A DNA stretch of 64,000 bases, taken from Vicugna vicugna. Taxonomy: Eukaryota. Below are positions 16,426 through 29,510 of the stretch, in pieces. Made by a program: the position numbers and the translations under genes. Every line of letters begins with the position of its first letter. Positions within the stretch are counted from its first letter, which is position 1. A model generated the notes under the pieces. It did no database searches and had not been told where the DNA came from. It saw only the letters and a list, made by a program, of their open reading frames with translations. The stretch covers positions 706,477 through 770,476 of the forward strand of contig MU058769.1 in assembly GCA_013265495.1 (NCBI GenBank), read 5' to 3'.

Positions 16426-16631
16426 CAGTTGACCTTGAACAGTGAGGTGGGTTAGGGGCACCAACCCTCCACACAGTGAAATATCTGTGACTTTACAGTC
16501 AGCCCTCCATATCTGAGGTTCTGCATTCACAGATTCAGCCAGCTGTAGGGCAGGAAGTCCTATAGTAAACATCTAGTGGGAAAAAGTGCATATAAGTATA
16601 GTTCAAACTCGTGTTGTTCAGGTGTCGACTG
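16426..16631. mobile_element. MER8/Tigger3-like non-autonomous DNA transposon
   Basis: Terminal inverted repeats cagttgaccttgaac...gttcaggtgtcgactg. Confidence 0.7.
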
Positions 16632-16639
16632 TGTAGCCT

Positions 16640-17657
16640 GAGAGAAATGATCCACAGCTATACATAGTAGTTCATAATGCTGAAACAAAAAAAGCCAAAC
16701 ATAGGTGGTTACATTCTGTACGATTCTATTTATCAAAGTAGAATACAGGCAAAACTAATCTATGATGTTTGTAGTCAGGATTTTGATTATCTTGAAAGGT
16801 GGAATGGTGATGGGGATCAAAGGGAATCTGGGTGCTGGTATAGCTGTGTTTCTACATCAAAGTGCTGATGACACAAGTGTGCTTAATTTATAAAAATACA
16901 CATAGTTGTATACTTCTACTCTGTGTACTTTTCTTGTATGTATACTACGTATATCCTTGGACTCATTCCAGGTCTTATCCCAGGATTGGGTCAGGAAAAG
17001 TTAAAGATGAACTTGAAATGTCAAAGGAATGCAATACTAAAAAAAGAAAAAAGGATGTGAGCATGTTAAAAGGACAAACACAGCTTGAAGGGGCTTTCAC
17101 TGGCTGAATCCAGGAAAATTTGAGCACCGAAATAATTTAGGATAGGATAGGATAGGAATGAATTATAAACCATTGAAAAAACAGGAATCTGTGAGTCCAC
17201 ACTAATAATAAATACATGATTAAATAAATAAGTGAATATAGGAGAGGGGAGAATGCTGATTGGTAGATATAGGGGTAATGATGAAGTGGAAAATAATTTT
17301 GCAAACATCACAGTAAACATGGTTTGGGCAAGAATCATCAATGAGTACTAATTCTAAGGCAGAAAGTTTGATGAGAAGTAAGGTGTTTACATAGTTTAAA
17401 GTGTCTCCCCACAGTTTGCTTGTTCGTTTTAAGAGGAAACATTGTAACTGCACAATTGACAAACCTTGACTAGGTAGTCAAAACTAACATTACGGTGAGA
17501 GACAGAGGACACTGTGTGCCTCCAGGTATGCTACCCTGAGAAAGACACAGCATCACTTATGCAGTATTCTGGCTGGGGATACACAACTTAATTCTAAATA
17601 TGGGAAAGCACACATGCCCCAACTAAGGAATATTTTATATATTTGAAAGAAACTGGC
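16640..17657 (+). mobile_element. Old L1M (L1MC/ME-like) 3' UTR fragments, continuing at ~21844-22500 after the younger L1 insertion
   Basis: caggcaaaactaatctatg and aatttgagcaccgaaataa...gagtccacactaataataaat motifs. Continuation ggagactaaagaaacaactaaatgcaatatgtggtcctagattggatcctg at ~21900. Confidence 0.6.
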
Positions 17658-17672
17658 CAGTATTTAATTTTT

Positions 17673-20600
17673 TCCAGTTTTATTATGTAGAAATATTACA
17701 GTTTGACTGCACATACACATTATAGTGCATGTAAATACATATAAAGAGTATACTGCACATTTTTTAAGTTTTCATATATGTACTAATTATTGTTTCTAAG
17801 AACAGCTTAGATCTTTAGCTTTTTAAACTTACATAGTTATCAAAGGAATAAAGCCAACTACAAAATAAGAATCAACAGAATGCAGTAATCCAGTCATAAA
17901 GGACAGTCTGATGTGCTGACATATATTCAAGAAATCAAAATAATAATTAGTTCATTTGTGCCCTTATTATTACTGTTATTATTTTTTAGATTCTTCATAT
18001 ATATGATATCATATGGCATTTTTATTTCTCTTTCCAGCCCACTTCACTTTGAATGACAGTCTTCAGGTCCATCCATAATTCTGCAAATGGCATTATTTTA
18101 TTCTTTTTTGTGGCTGAGTAGTGTTCCATTGTATATATGTACCATGTCTTCTTTATCCAGTCACCTGTCGATGGACATTTGGGTTGTTTCCATGTCTTGG
18201 CTATGGCAAATAGTGCTGCTATAGAGCACTGGGGTGCGTGTGTCTTTTTGAATTTTATTTTTCTCTGGATATATGCCCAGGAGTGGGATTGCTGGATCAT
18301 GTGGTAAGCCTATTTTCAGATTTTTAAGGAACCTCCATACTGTCCTCCATCGTTGCTGCACCAATCTACATCCCCACCAACAGTGTCGTAGGGTTCCCTT
18401 TTCTCCACAGCCTCTCCAGCATCTAACATTTGTAGACTTTTCAATGATTGCCATTCTGGCTGGTGTCAAATGATATCTCATTGCAGTTTTGATCTGCATT
18501 TCTCTGACAATTAGCGATGCTGAGCATTTTTTCATGTGCCTATTGGCCACTTGTGTGTCTTCCTTGGAGAATTGCTTGTTTAGGTCTTCTGCCCATTTTT
18601 GGATTGGGTTGCTTATTTCGTTGATATGAAGGTGTATGAGCTGTTTGTATATTTTGGAAATTAGTCCCTTGTCAGTCATATCATTTGCAAATATTTTCTC
18701 CCACTCTATAAGTTGTCTTTTCGTTTTGTTGATGGTATCCTTAGCTGTACAAAAGCTTTTAAGCTTAGATCCCATTTGTTTATTTTTGCTTTTAATTCCA
18801 GTACTCCAGGAGCTGGTTCAAAAAATATATTGCTGTAATGTATGTCCGTGAGTGTTCTGCCTATGTTTTCCTCTAAAAGTTTTGTAGTATCTGGTCTTAC
18901 ATTTAGGTCTTTAATCCATTTTGTGTTTATTTTTGTACATGGTGTTAGGGAATGTTCTAATTTCAGTCTTTTACAGGTAGCTGTCCAGTTTTCTGAGCAC
19001 CACTTATTGAAGAGACTATCTTTCCTCCATTGTATATTCTTGCCTCCTTTGTCATAGATTAATTGACCATATGTGCGTGGGTTTATCTCTGGACTTTCTA
19101 TCCTGTTCCATTGATCTATGTGTCTGTTTTTGTGCCAGTGCCATCCTGTTTAGATTACTGTAGCTTTGTAGTATAGTCTGAAGTCAGGAAGCATGATTGC
19201 CCCAGCTCCATTCTTCTTTTTCAAGATTGTTTTGGCTATTCAAGGTCTTTTGTGTTACCATACAAATTTTAACATTTTTTGTTCAATGCAATAGGGATTG
19301 ATTGCATTGAATGTGTAAATTGTCTTGGGCAGTATGGCCATTTTAACAATATTGATTCTTCCAATCCAAGAACATGGTATATCTTTCCATTTGTTTATGT
19401 CATCTTCAGTTTCCTTCATCAGAGTCTTATAGTTTTCAGCATACAGGTCTTTTGCCTCCTTGGGTAGGTTTATTCCTAGGTATTTTATTCTCTTTGGCAT
19501 GATGGTAAATGGTATCATTTCCATAATTTCCCTTTCTGCTATTTCATTGTTAGTGTATAGAAATGCAACTGATTTCTGTATATTAATTTTGTATCCTGCA
19601 ACTTGACCATATTCATTGATGTGTTCTAGCAGCTTTCTGGTTGCTTCTTTAGTGTTTTCTATGTATAGTATCATGTCATCTGCAAACAGTGACAGTTTTA
19701 CTTCTTTGTTTCCAATTTGGATTCCTTTTATTTCTTTTTCTCCTCTGAATGCTATGGCTAAGACTTCCAAAACTGTGTTGAATGAAAGTGGTGAGAGCGG
19801 GCATCCTTGTCTTGTTCATGACCTTAGAGGGAATGCTTTCAGCTTTTCCTCATTAAGTATGGTGTTAGCTATGGGTTTGTCATATATGGCCTTTATTTTG
19901 TTGAGTTATGTTCCATCTATGCCCACTTTCTGAAGAGTTTTGATTGTAAATGAATGTTGAATTTTATCAAAAGCTTTTTCTGCATCTATTGAGCATTTCA
20001 TATGGTTTTCACTCTTCAGTTTGTTAGTGTGGTGTGTCATGTTGATTGATTTGCATATATTGAAAAACGCCTGCATCCCTGGGACAAATCCGACTTGATC
20101 ATGGTGTATGATCGTTTCAGTGCATTGTTGGAGTCGATTTGCTAGTATTTTGTTGAGAATTTTTGCATGTATACTCATAAGTGATATTGGCCTATAATTT
20201 TTTTTTGTGATATCCTTGTTTGGTTTTGGCATCAGGGTGATTATGGCCTCATAGTATGAGTTTGGAAGTTTTCCTTCCTCTGAAATTTTTTGGAATAGTT
20301 TCAGAAGGGTAGGTGTTAACTCTTCTCTAAATGTTTGGTAGAATTCACCTGTGAAGCCGTCTGGTCCTGGACTTTGGTTTGTTGGGAGGTTTTTATTTAC
20401 TGATTCAATTTCAGTGCCAGTAATCGGTCTATTCATATTGTCTATTTCTTCCTGGTTTAGTCTTGACAGATTGTACCTTTCTAAGAAATTGTCCATTTGT
20501 TCTGTGTTGTTGTTTTTGTTGGTGTATGTACCTTTCTAAGAAATTGTCCATTTGTTCTGTGTTGTTGTTTTTGTTGGTGTATAGTTGCTCATAGGATCCT

Positions 20601-21831
20601 CTTATGATTCCTTGTATTTCTCTGGTGTCAGTTGTAACTTCTCCTTTTTCATTTCTGATTTTGTTAATTTGGGCCCTCTCCCTTTTTTTCTTGATGAGTC
20701 TAACTAAAGGCTTATCAGTTTTGTTTGTCTTTTCAAAGAACCAGCTTTTAGTTTCGTTGATCTTCTCTATTTTTTTTTTTAGTCTCTATTTCATTTACTT
20801 TTGCTCTAATATTTATGGTTTCTTTTCTTCTACTAACTTTGGGGTGTGTTTGTTTTTCTTTCTCCAGCTGCTTAAGGTGTAAGGTTAGGTTGTTTACTTG
20901 AGATTTTTCTTGTTTCCTAAGATATGCTTGTGTTGCTGTAAACTTCCCTCTGAGAAGTGCTTTTGCTGTGTCCCAGAGATTCTGGATTGTTGTGTTTTCA
21001 TTTTCATTTGTCTCAAAGTATTTTTTGATTTCCTCTTTGATTTCTTCCATAATCCATGGCTGTGTAGTAGCATATTGTTTAGCCTCCACGTATTTGCAGA
21101 TTTTGCAATTTTTTTCTTGTAGTTGATTACTAACCTAATAGCATTGTGGTCTGAAAAGGTGCTTGGTACAATTTCAGTTTTCTTAAATTTGCTGAGGCTA
21201 GCTTTGTGGGCCAGCATGTGGTCGATTCTGGAGAATGTTCCATGTGCACCTGAGAAGAACAAACCTATCAATAATTACCTTTAATGTAAATGGATTAAAT
21301 GCTCCAACCAAAAGACATAGACTGGCTGAATGGATACAAAAACAAGATCCACATATATGCTGTCTACAAGAGACCAACTTTCGAGCTAGAGTCACATGCA
21401 GGTTGAAAGTAAGGGGACGGAAAAAGATACTCCATGCAAAAGGAAACCAGAAGAAAGCTGAAGTAGCAATACTTATATCAGACAAAACAGATTTTAAAAT
21501 AAAGACTGTTATAAGAGACAAAGCAGGGCACTACATAATCCTCAAGGGATCAATCCAAGAAGAGGATATAACAATTAGGATCAATCCGATATAACAATTG
21601 TAAATATATATGCACCCAACGTAGGAGCACCTCAATATATATGGCAACTTTTAACAGACATAAAAGGAGAAATGGACAATAACACAATAATAGTGGGGGG
21701 CCTTAACACCTCACTTACACCAATGGACAGATCATCCAGACAGAAAATCAGTAAGGAAATACAGGCCCCAAATAACACATCAGACCAGATGGACCTAACT
21801 GATATCTATAGAGCATTCCACCCCAAAACAG
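17673..21831 (-). mobile_element. 5'-truncated, 5'-inverted LINE-1 (ORF2 remnants) carrying a non-L1 3' tail
   Basis: ORF2 peptides on - strand ([37 protein letters not shown]) over ~17946-21259. The inverted endonuclease segment is on + strand at ~21255-21831 (SIITFNVNGLNAPTKRHRL). Near-identical flanks cagtatttaattttt (17658-17672) and cagtattttattttt (21829-21843). Confidence 0.9.
20473..20582. repeat. Perfect 55-bp tandem duplication inside the L1
   Basis: gtacctttctaagaaattgtccatttgttctgtgttgttgtttttgttggtgtat at 20473-20527 and 20528-20582. Confidence 0.9.
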
Positions 21832-23524
21832 TATTTTATTTTTAAATCTCAACATCATGAAAGAAAGACAGGCTGAGTAACTGTTCCAAATAAAAGGAGA
21901 CTAAAGAAACAACTAAATGCAATATGTGGTCCTAGATTGGATCCTGTCCTTGAGGGGAAAAAATGCTTTGGTAGACATTTTGGGGACAAATGACAAAACT
22001 GCATTATGGCTGGGAGTTTAAAGTCAATGTTTTATCTTTGTTAAGAGATAAATGGTAAATGGCAAATGGCCTGAAGTTAATAACTGCAATTACCTAAAAA
22101 AATCCTTGTTCTTAGAAAACATACTCTGAAGTGTTGAGATAAAGTGGCATAATATATGCAGTCTACTTTCAATTTGCTCAGAAAAAACAAGTATTACAAT
22201 GTGTATGTGTTGTATGTATGTCTACATATGGTATATATATTATATGATTATTCTTTGTTAATTTAATACTTGTGAATTACACGATTCATCATGAACTATA
22301 AAAATTATATCTATACAGAGAGAATGATACAACAAATTCGACAAAATGTTGAAAATTGGTGAAGCTGAATAAAAGATATATGGAATTTCATTGGATGAAG
22401 TTGGTCAAATTAAAAAAAATTTTTAAAGAGAGGAAAAAAATACATATGTGAGAATATTCTGTATTTTCTCTCCAAATTTCTAAGTTTGAAATTATTTCAA
22501 AGTAAAAATTTTAAAAGAAAAAATTTTGCCCCTCCCCTGCTTTAGTTGAAGGTGAGCATCCATTTGGTAATTTAGTGATGGTGCTGAAAGTTGTTTCAGC
22601 ATGTTATTCTCACACTTACAAAAGCTGACAAGTAAAAACTTTTACTAATGAAATAATAATAATTTTAAAATTCTAATATAAATTCATATTCATTTTTGTT
22701 ATCTCAGCATTTCATTCTTTGATGGTGATGTTTAGCCTCAGCTAAATACTGATTTTATCTCTCTCTCTGTATACACACACACACACACACATTCTTTTTG
22801 CTGAACCATGTGAGTTAGTTGTGACTTTTTAATCCTAAATTCCTAAATGCTTCAGTATCTATCTCCTAGCAACAAGGGTGTTCTCCTAAAGAAGCAATCT
22901 GATGATCAAACTCAGATTTATCACTGATACAAAGCCATTATCTAATATACAGTCCATAGTACAGTTTCTTTAGTTGTCTCAATGATCCTTTTGAAAGAAT
23001 TCCAATCCAGGAGTGGTTATTGTATTTATTCATCATGTCTGGTTGGCTTCCTTATCTTTGAGGATATTAAACATACTTATTTAAAATATTTCCCAAGGCA
23101 CTCTGTTATTTCCCTTTAGTGTAGAGTGAGTTCTCCTGTTTATGGAGCTTGCTGACTATCTGTCATGGTGTTCCCTTTCACGATGAGCTTTGAAATCTTA
23201 GTTTGTGGGGTTTTGTGAGCATTTTCTTCTCACATGTGTGTCCTTAAAGGTTCACTGCAGATGTCAGAAACCACTCTAGCTGTTTCTCGCTCGCCATCAG
23301 GTGGCTTACAGTGTGGTTCTGGGGTTGGTATTTGCATGGCTGATACGCTTTTGGAAATCTATGGGGGCATTTTTGGTGGTGACATTGATGGGTGAAGCCA
23401 CTGGCAATTGGTGGGCTAGTGTCAGCTAAGCTAAACGAATAGAACAGGCCCATGCAGTGAAGACTTGCCCTTCCCTAGATGCCAGCAGAAACTCAACAGA
23501 AAACACTGCCATATATATACACAC

Positions 23525-23785
23525 ATGTGTAGTCAATTTGCAATGTTGTGTTAATTTTTGGTGTACAACATAGTGATTCAGTCATACATATATATTATTT
23601 TTCATATTCTTTTTCATTATAAGCTATTACAAGATATTGAATATAGTTCCCTGTGCTATACAGTAGGACCTTGTTTATTTAGTGTATAGTGGTTAGTATC
23701 TACAAATTCCAAACTCCCAGTTTATCTCTCCACCCCCACCTTCCCTCCCTGGTAACCATAAGTTTGTTTTCTATGTCTGTGGATC
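23525..23785 (-). mobile_element. Short cetartiodactyl-type L1 3'-end fragment inserted in a MER5/MER20-like relic (~23330-23510)
   Basis: attacaagatattgaatatagttccctgtgctatacagtaggaccttg...ggtaaccataagtttgttttctatgtctgtg. Confidence 0.65.
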
Positions 23786-25309
23786 TGTCTCCAGAAAACA
23801 CTGCTTCAGGCAGAATCTTTAGGAACAGCTCTCAGCCTCCAGAATCACACCACTCTTCTTATCAGCAAAACTGAGGTCACAACTGCAACAAGCTTCCGAA
23901 AACAGGAAGCTGCTAGTTGCAGGACCCCTCAGCCTTTAGCACAATTCGTATCTCTCCAAGTGGACAACTTCCCCTCGGGGTCATCCATCCTTCCCCAGGA
24001 TAGGCTTACCTCAACTCAGGTTTCTTAGGCGTGCAGTTAATTGATAAAGGAATGTCTAGATGCAAGAGATTTGGGGAAATGTAGTTTTTAGTACCCCGGC
24101 TCTGCCACAGAGCCAGATACATTAGAAAAAGGTGCTAACGATGCCAGTCCACTTTGGAGCTATAGGTTTCCCTCTGTTGCCTGCATCCCTCCCTGCTAAG
24201 TGGTTTCATGACCGTCTCCCCAGTCCAGAACCAGAGTTGACATTGAACATGCAGAGATCTGATCTAGGGGTGCCGTCACTGATCCCATCCTTGGCCAGCT
24301 GCAGGTGTAGTCTATTCAGCATGGTGGCCTAGAGGGCTGGCTGCCTGGTCCTCTCTGCTCTTTGCAGTCACTCCATGCAAGCAGCTTTTAACAGATAGAG
24401 CCCAGTCAGGGCTCACAACATCATACCTGTCATGCAGCAGAACATCTAGGGGACTCTCCAAAGGAGCTGGTTCCAGGCAATTAATATTGCCACCGTGGTT
24501 TGGCCCTCAGCCATGACATGTCCATTTCCAGTTCAAGGAAATGCTTATTTTGTTTTTTGTTTATGTTTTATCATGGATTACCTTTTAAATATATTTTTGG
24601 AATATATTATCTGTTATTTTATCTGTTTGGAATGAAGAGAGGATTTTCTCTAGAAGTGACTCAGTTCTTTTGATGGGAAGAGACCCTATAAAATTTGTCT
24701 ACTTATAAATGTTTTATTTAGCAGGAAAGGGATTATGCTATACTCATTGAGCTATGCATTGCTCTTTTTTTTCACAACATGTATTTCTCAGACACCTTTT
24801 TATAAGAGCACATGAAAATATATCTCACTTTAAAAATTGACTGCATATTATTTATTCCATTATGTGAATATATCATAAATTATTAACAGTCCTAACTGAC
24901 TGACAGTTTGTTTCCTTTACAAACAGTGATGTAATAAACATACTTGGTGAACTTTTGTGAATATGTCTGTTCTATTTAAGCCAAATGCCAGTTATTATAT
25001 GTGAGGATGCTCTTCTCTCAGATTTTTGACGTGGGTTACAGCAAAAAGCCAGTCCAAAAATGTCAGTCTGAAGAGGCAACCAAGAAAATTGTGAGCCAGT
25101 TGTTGCTTGTCATACACACAATTATTCTCATTTGACAAGTAATGAACAGTCGGCGACTTGATCCATTAAGCAGCAACGAGAGCTAACCAAAGCCCTGTGC
25201 TACCTTCTTCCCAGGATTTGATCAGTGTCTCTTGGCCTTTAGGCACTGTTTGCTCCCAACTGATGCATCAAAGCCATCCTTTGCTCATGGATGCTCTTTA
25301 CACTAAGCA

Positions 25310-25850
25310 TGTAAGATGAGGTGGGAAGCCCCGTAAAAAAGACAGTAGGACCCTCCAACAGGGCCACTACCCTCCTGCCAGCACCATTCAGTTCCCTGGC
25401 CCAGTGGCATTAATTCGCTTTTTAAACTCTGAAATGGCTTACTTCTAGGAAAGTGGAACTTACCCCTAAGATTCTATTGGTTCCCTGAGCTAACTCCTGA
25501 TTGGTCCATTTATAGTGCTTCATTTGCATGGAGCTCACTCCTGTTTGGTCCATTTCCCTCACTCCTGATTGGTCCATTTCTACAAAGATTGTTCCTAATT
25601 AGTCACCTTTGTTATACCTTATTTGCGTATGATGTTACAAAATGTTGCAAAGTCTAGACTGGTAGCCTTTAAAAGCCTGTGTAAACCTACAGACGGGTTC
25701 CAGAGGTTAGAGTGTTAACTCCTCTGGGCCAGCTGGCGTAATAAACCTGAGTTCTCCAACTCTCCGAGTGCTGCTTGGTCTCTCGCCCAGGTCCAGGTTG
25801 CTGTCACAACTGATCTATAACACTGAGCTGTAACACACTTTTCTGCAACA
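25310..25850 (+). mobile_element. ERV LTR (solo, probably nested in an older element spanning ~25000-26045); 5' boundary uncertain
   Basis: TG at 25310 and ...ctgcaaca end at 25850. Repeated ctcctgattggtccattt units, a TATA-like tttaaaa and AATAAA at 25740-25745 in U3-R-U5 order. No convincing TSD found. Confidence 0.7.
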
Positions 25851-26449
25851 AGGGAGTCATGGCAATATCATGGTATACATGAAATGGTCCAGCGCACTTT
25901 GGAGAGACTCAGGGAGACTAATACTGTTGTGCTCCAGTGTTTGGTGGCAGGCAGGGATAAGCTATGCTAGTGGCTTATCTTTGAGTCTGGTGGTCTAGTG
26001 GACTTATAAATGTATTTACAGGTTTCCTCCATCCAAAACATCACAGCAAATAATTCAGGGTGGGAGAATATAAAACATCACTCTGAATTTATGTATCATA
26101 TCACCCTGTATTTATAAAATTACACATATCACACTAGCCCTAGGATAAATTCCTAGTAATATAATTTTTAAGTGAAAGAATTAGGTACATGTTAAATTTG
26201 GATTGTTAGTACCAAATTGTTCTCTTGGAAGTTTATACCAAGTTAAACTCCCTCCAAGTACTACATCACTGTTTTTGAGGCTGCCTAATATTCCACCCTG
26301 TGGAAGTACCATAGTTAAAATGCTTCAAAGAGTGCCAGGTATAGAGAGTGTTAACTGTTACGATTACTCTTATTAGTGGACATTTTCACCTTTTTGTGCT
26401 AATATTATGGTATCATATTACTGACATATTCTTGGCACTTTTGCCATTT

Positions 26450-27370
26450 TCTTTTTCTTTTTTTATCAATTGACTTTATTCATTCCTTCCAGTTGTATTG
26501 AGATATATTTTACATACAGTGCTGTATAAGTTTAAAGTCAACAGCATAATGATTTGACTAACATACATTATGAAATGATTGCCACAGTAAGTTTAGTGAA
26601 CATCCATCATCTTATACAGATACAATATAAAAGAAAAAGGAAAAAACATATTTTCCTTATGATGAGAATTCTCAGGATTTACTCTCTTAACGACTGTCAT
26701 ATATAACATACGGCATTGTTAATTATATTTATCATGTTGTACATTACATGCTTAGTACATATTTATCTTATAGCTGGAAGTTTGTCCCTTTTGACCACCT
26801 TCATTCAGTTCCCTCTCTCCCTAACCCTCACCTCTGATAACCACAAATCTGATCTCTCTGAGTTTATTTGTTTGTTTGAAGCATAATTGACCTTAATACT
26901 ACATTATTTCCTAGTCCATGACATGGCGATTCAATATTCCTATATATTACAAAATGATCACCGCGATAAGTTGGTACCATCTGTCACCATACAAAGATCT
27001 TATGTTGTTATTGACTATATTCCCCACACTGCACGTTTCACACCCATGACTCATTTATTTGTAACTGGAAGTTTCTACCTCTTAATCTCTCTCACCTATT
27101 TTTCTCATTCCCCTAGCCTCCTCCCCTCTGGTAACCACCTGTTTGTTCTCTGTATCTATGACTCTGTTTCTCTTTTATTATGTTTGTTTCTTTGTTTTGT
27201 TTTTCAGATTTTTAGATTTAGATTTTTAGATTAGATTTAGATAAGTGAAATCATGCGGTATTTGTCTTCCTCTGTCTGACTTATTTCACTTAGGACAATT
27301 CTCTCTAGATCCATACATGTTGCAAATGGCAAGATTTCATTCCTTTTTATGGCTGAATACCATTCCATTT

Positions 27371-27428
<58 letters not shown>

Positions 27429-29372
27429 TATGCCACATCTTCTTTATCCATTCACCTATTGATGGGCACTTAGGTTGCTTTCATATCTTGGTTATTGTAA
27501 ATAATGCTGATGCTGAAATGAACATAGGGGTGCATATATCTTTTCAAATTAGTATTTCTGTTTTCTTCAGATAAATACCCAGGAGTTGAATTGGTGGATT
27601 ATATGGTGGTTCTGTTTTTAATTTTTTTGAAGAACGGCCATTCTGTTTTCCGTAGTGGCTGCACCAATTTACATTCCCTCCAACAGTGTAGGAGGAGTCA
27701 CTTTTTCCACATCCTCATCAACACTTCTTATTTGTCTTTTCGATGATAACCGTTCTGACAGGTGTGAAGTGCAAATCTCATTGTGGTTTTGATTTGCATT
27801 TCTCTGATGATCAGTGATGTTGAGCATCTGTATGTCTTCTTTGGAGAAATGTCTATTCAGATCCTCCACCCATTTTAAAAATAACTTTGTTTTTCGATGT
27901 TGAGTTGTATCAATTCTTTGTATATTTTATTTTATTTTATCAGGTCTTTTGGAGGGGTAATTAGGTTTGTTTGTTTGTTTGTTTGTTTACAGAGGTATTG
28001 GGGACTGAACCCAGGACCTCTTGCATGATAAGCATGTGCTGTACCACTGAGATATATACCCTCTCCCCCTATTTTGGATATTAACCCCTTATCCAATATA
28101 TTGTTTGTAAATATCTTCTCCCATTCAGTAGACAGCCTTTTCATTTTGTTGATGGTTTCCTTTGCTGTGCAAAAGCTTTTTAGTTTGATGTAGTCCTATT
28201 TGTTAATTTTTGTTTCTGTTTCCCTTGCCTGAGGAGACATATCCAAACAAAAAGTTCTAAGATTGATGTTAAAGATTTTACTGCCTATGTTTTCTTCTAG
28301 AAGTTTTATGGTTCAGGTCTTACGTTTAAGTCTTTAATCTATTTTGAATTTATTTTTGTGCATGGTATGAGAAAGTAGTCCAGTCTGATTTTTTTTTTTG
28401 CATGTAGCTGTCCAGATTCCCCAACACCATTTATTGCAGAAGCTGTCTTTCCCCCAATGTATATTCTTGCCTCCTTTGCCATAGATTAATTGCCCATATA
28501 AATGTGGGTTCATTTCTGAGCTCTCTATTCTGTTCCATTGGTCCATGTGTTTGTTTTTGTACTGGTACTATACTGTTTTGACTACTGTAGCTTTGTAATA
28601 TAGTTTGAAATCAGAATGCATGATACCTCTAGCTTTGTTCTTCTTTCTCAAGATTGTTTTGGCTATTCAGGATTATTTGTGTTTCCACACAAATTTTAGA
28701 CTTATTTGTTCTAGATCTGTGAAAAATACTGTCAGTATTTTGATAGGGATTGCATTAAATCCTTAGATTACCTTGGGTAGTATGGTCATTTTAACAATAT
28801 TAACTTTTCCAATTCATGAGCACAGTATATCTCTCCATTTATGTCAGCTTCAATTCCTTTTATCAGTGTCTTATAGTTTTCTGAGTATAAGTCTTTTACC
28901 TCTTAAGTTAGATTTATTTCTAGATTTTTTTGGTGCAATTGTAAATGGGATTGTTTACTTAATTTCTCTTTCTGATAGTGCGTTGATAGTGTATAGAAAT
29001 GTAACAGATTTCTGTATATTAATTTTGTATCCTGCAACTTTACTGACTTCATGAATGAGTTCTAATAGTTTTTTGGTGGCATTTTTAAAGACTTTCTGTA
29101 TACAATATCATGTCATCTGCACAGTGACAATCTTATTTCTTCCTTTCCAGTTTGGATGGCTTTTATTTATTTTTCTTGTCTAGTTGCCTTGGTTAAGACT
29201 TCCAATACTATATTGAACGAAAGTGGCTAGAGTGGGCATCCTTGTCTTGTTCCTGATCTTGAAGGAGATGCTTTCAGCTTTTTACCATTGAATATGATGT
29301 TATCTGTGGGCTTGTCATATAAAGCCTTTATTATGTTGAGGTATGTTTTCTTTATATCCACTTTGTTGAGCC
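26450..29372 (-). mobile_element. LINE-1 3' portion (ORF2 RT to 3' UTR), antisense, with nested SINE and (TA)n
   Basis: ORF2-like peptides ([45 protein letters not shown]). (TA)n at ~27371-27416. Confidence 0.85.
27929..28069 (-). mobile_element. tRNA-derived SINE (Vic-1-like, camelid)
   Basis: Reverse complement of ggggagagggtatatatctcagtggtacagcacatgcttatcatgcaagaggtcctgggttcagtccccaatacctc, with Pol III A/B boxes. Confidence 0.75.
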
Positions 29373-29510
29373 ATTTTCTTTTTTTACTATAAATAAATAA
29401 ACATAAAGAAACACACACATATACAAACTATAGTTTAAACAAGAATTATAAAAGTAACCCCTGTGTACTTACTGTTTGGTTTAAGAAATAAAACAGTTGT
29501 TCCTTTAAAG

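Noticed and set aside
18161..21594. L1 ORF2 fragments as a functional retrotransposase gene
   Set aside because: Multiple stops, frameshifts, an inversion and no ORF1 or promoter; a dead copy.
25474..25580. Short spaced direct repeats superficially like a CRISPR array
   Set aside because: Irregular spacing and CCAAT content inside an LTR of a mammalian genome; no cas genes.
25000..26045. Possible outer LTR (tgtga...tcaca) enclosing the 25310-25850 LTR
   Set aside because: No TSD and family not recognised, so boundaries cannot be supported; mentioned only as context.
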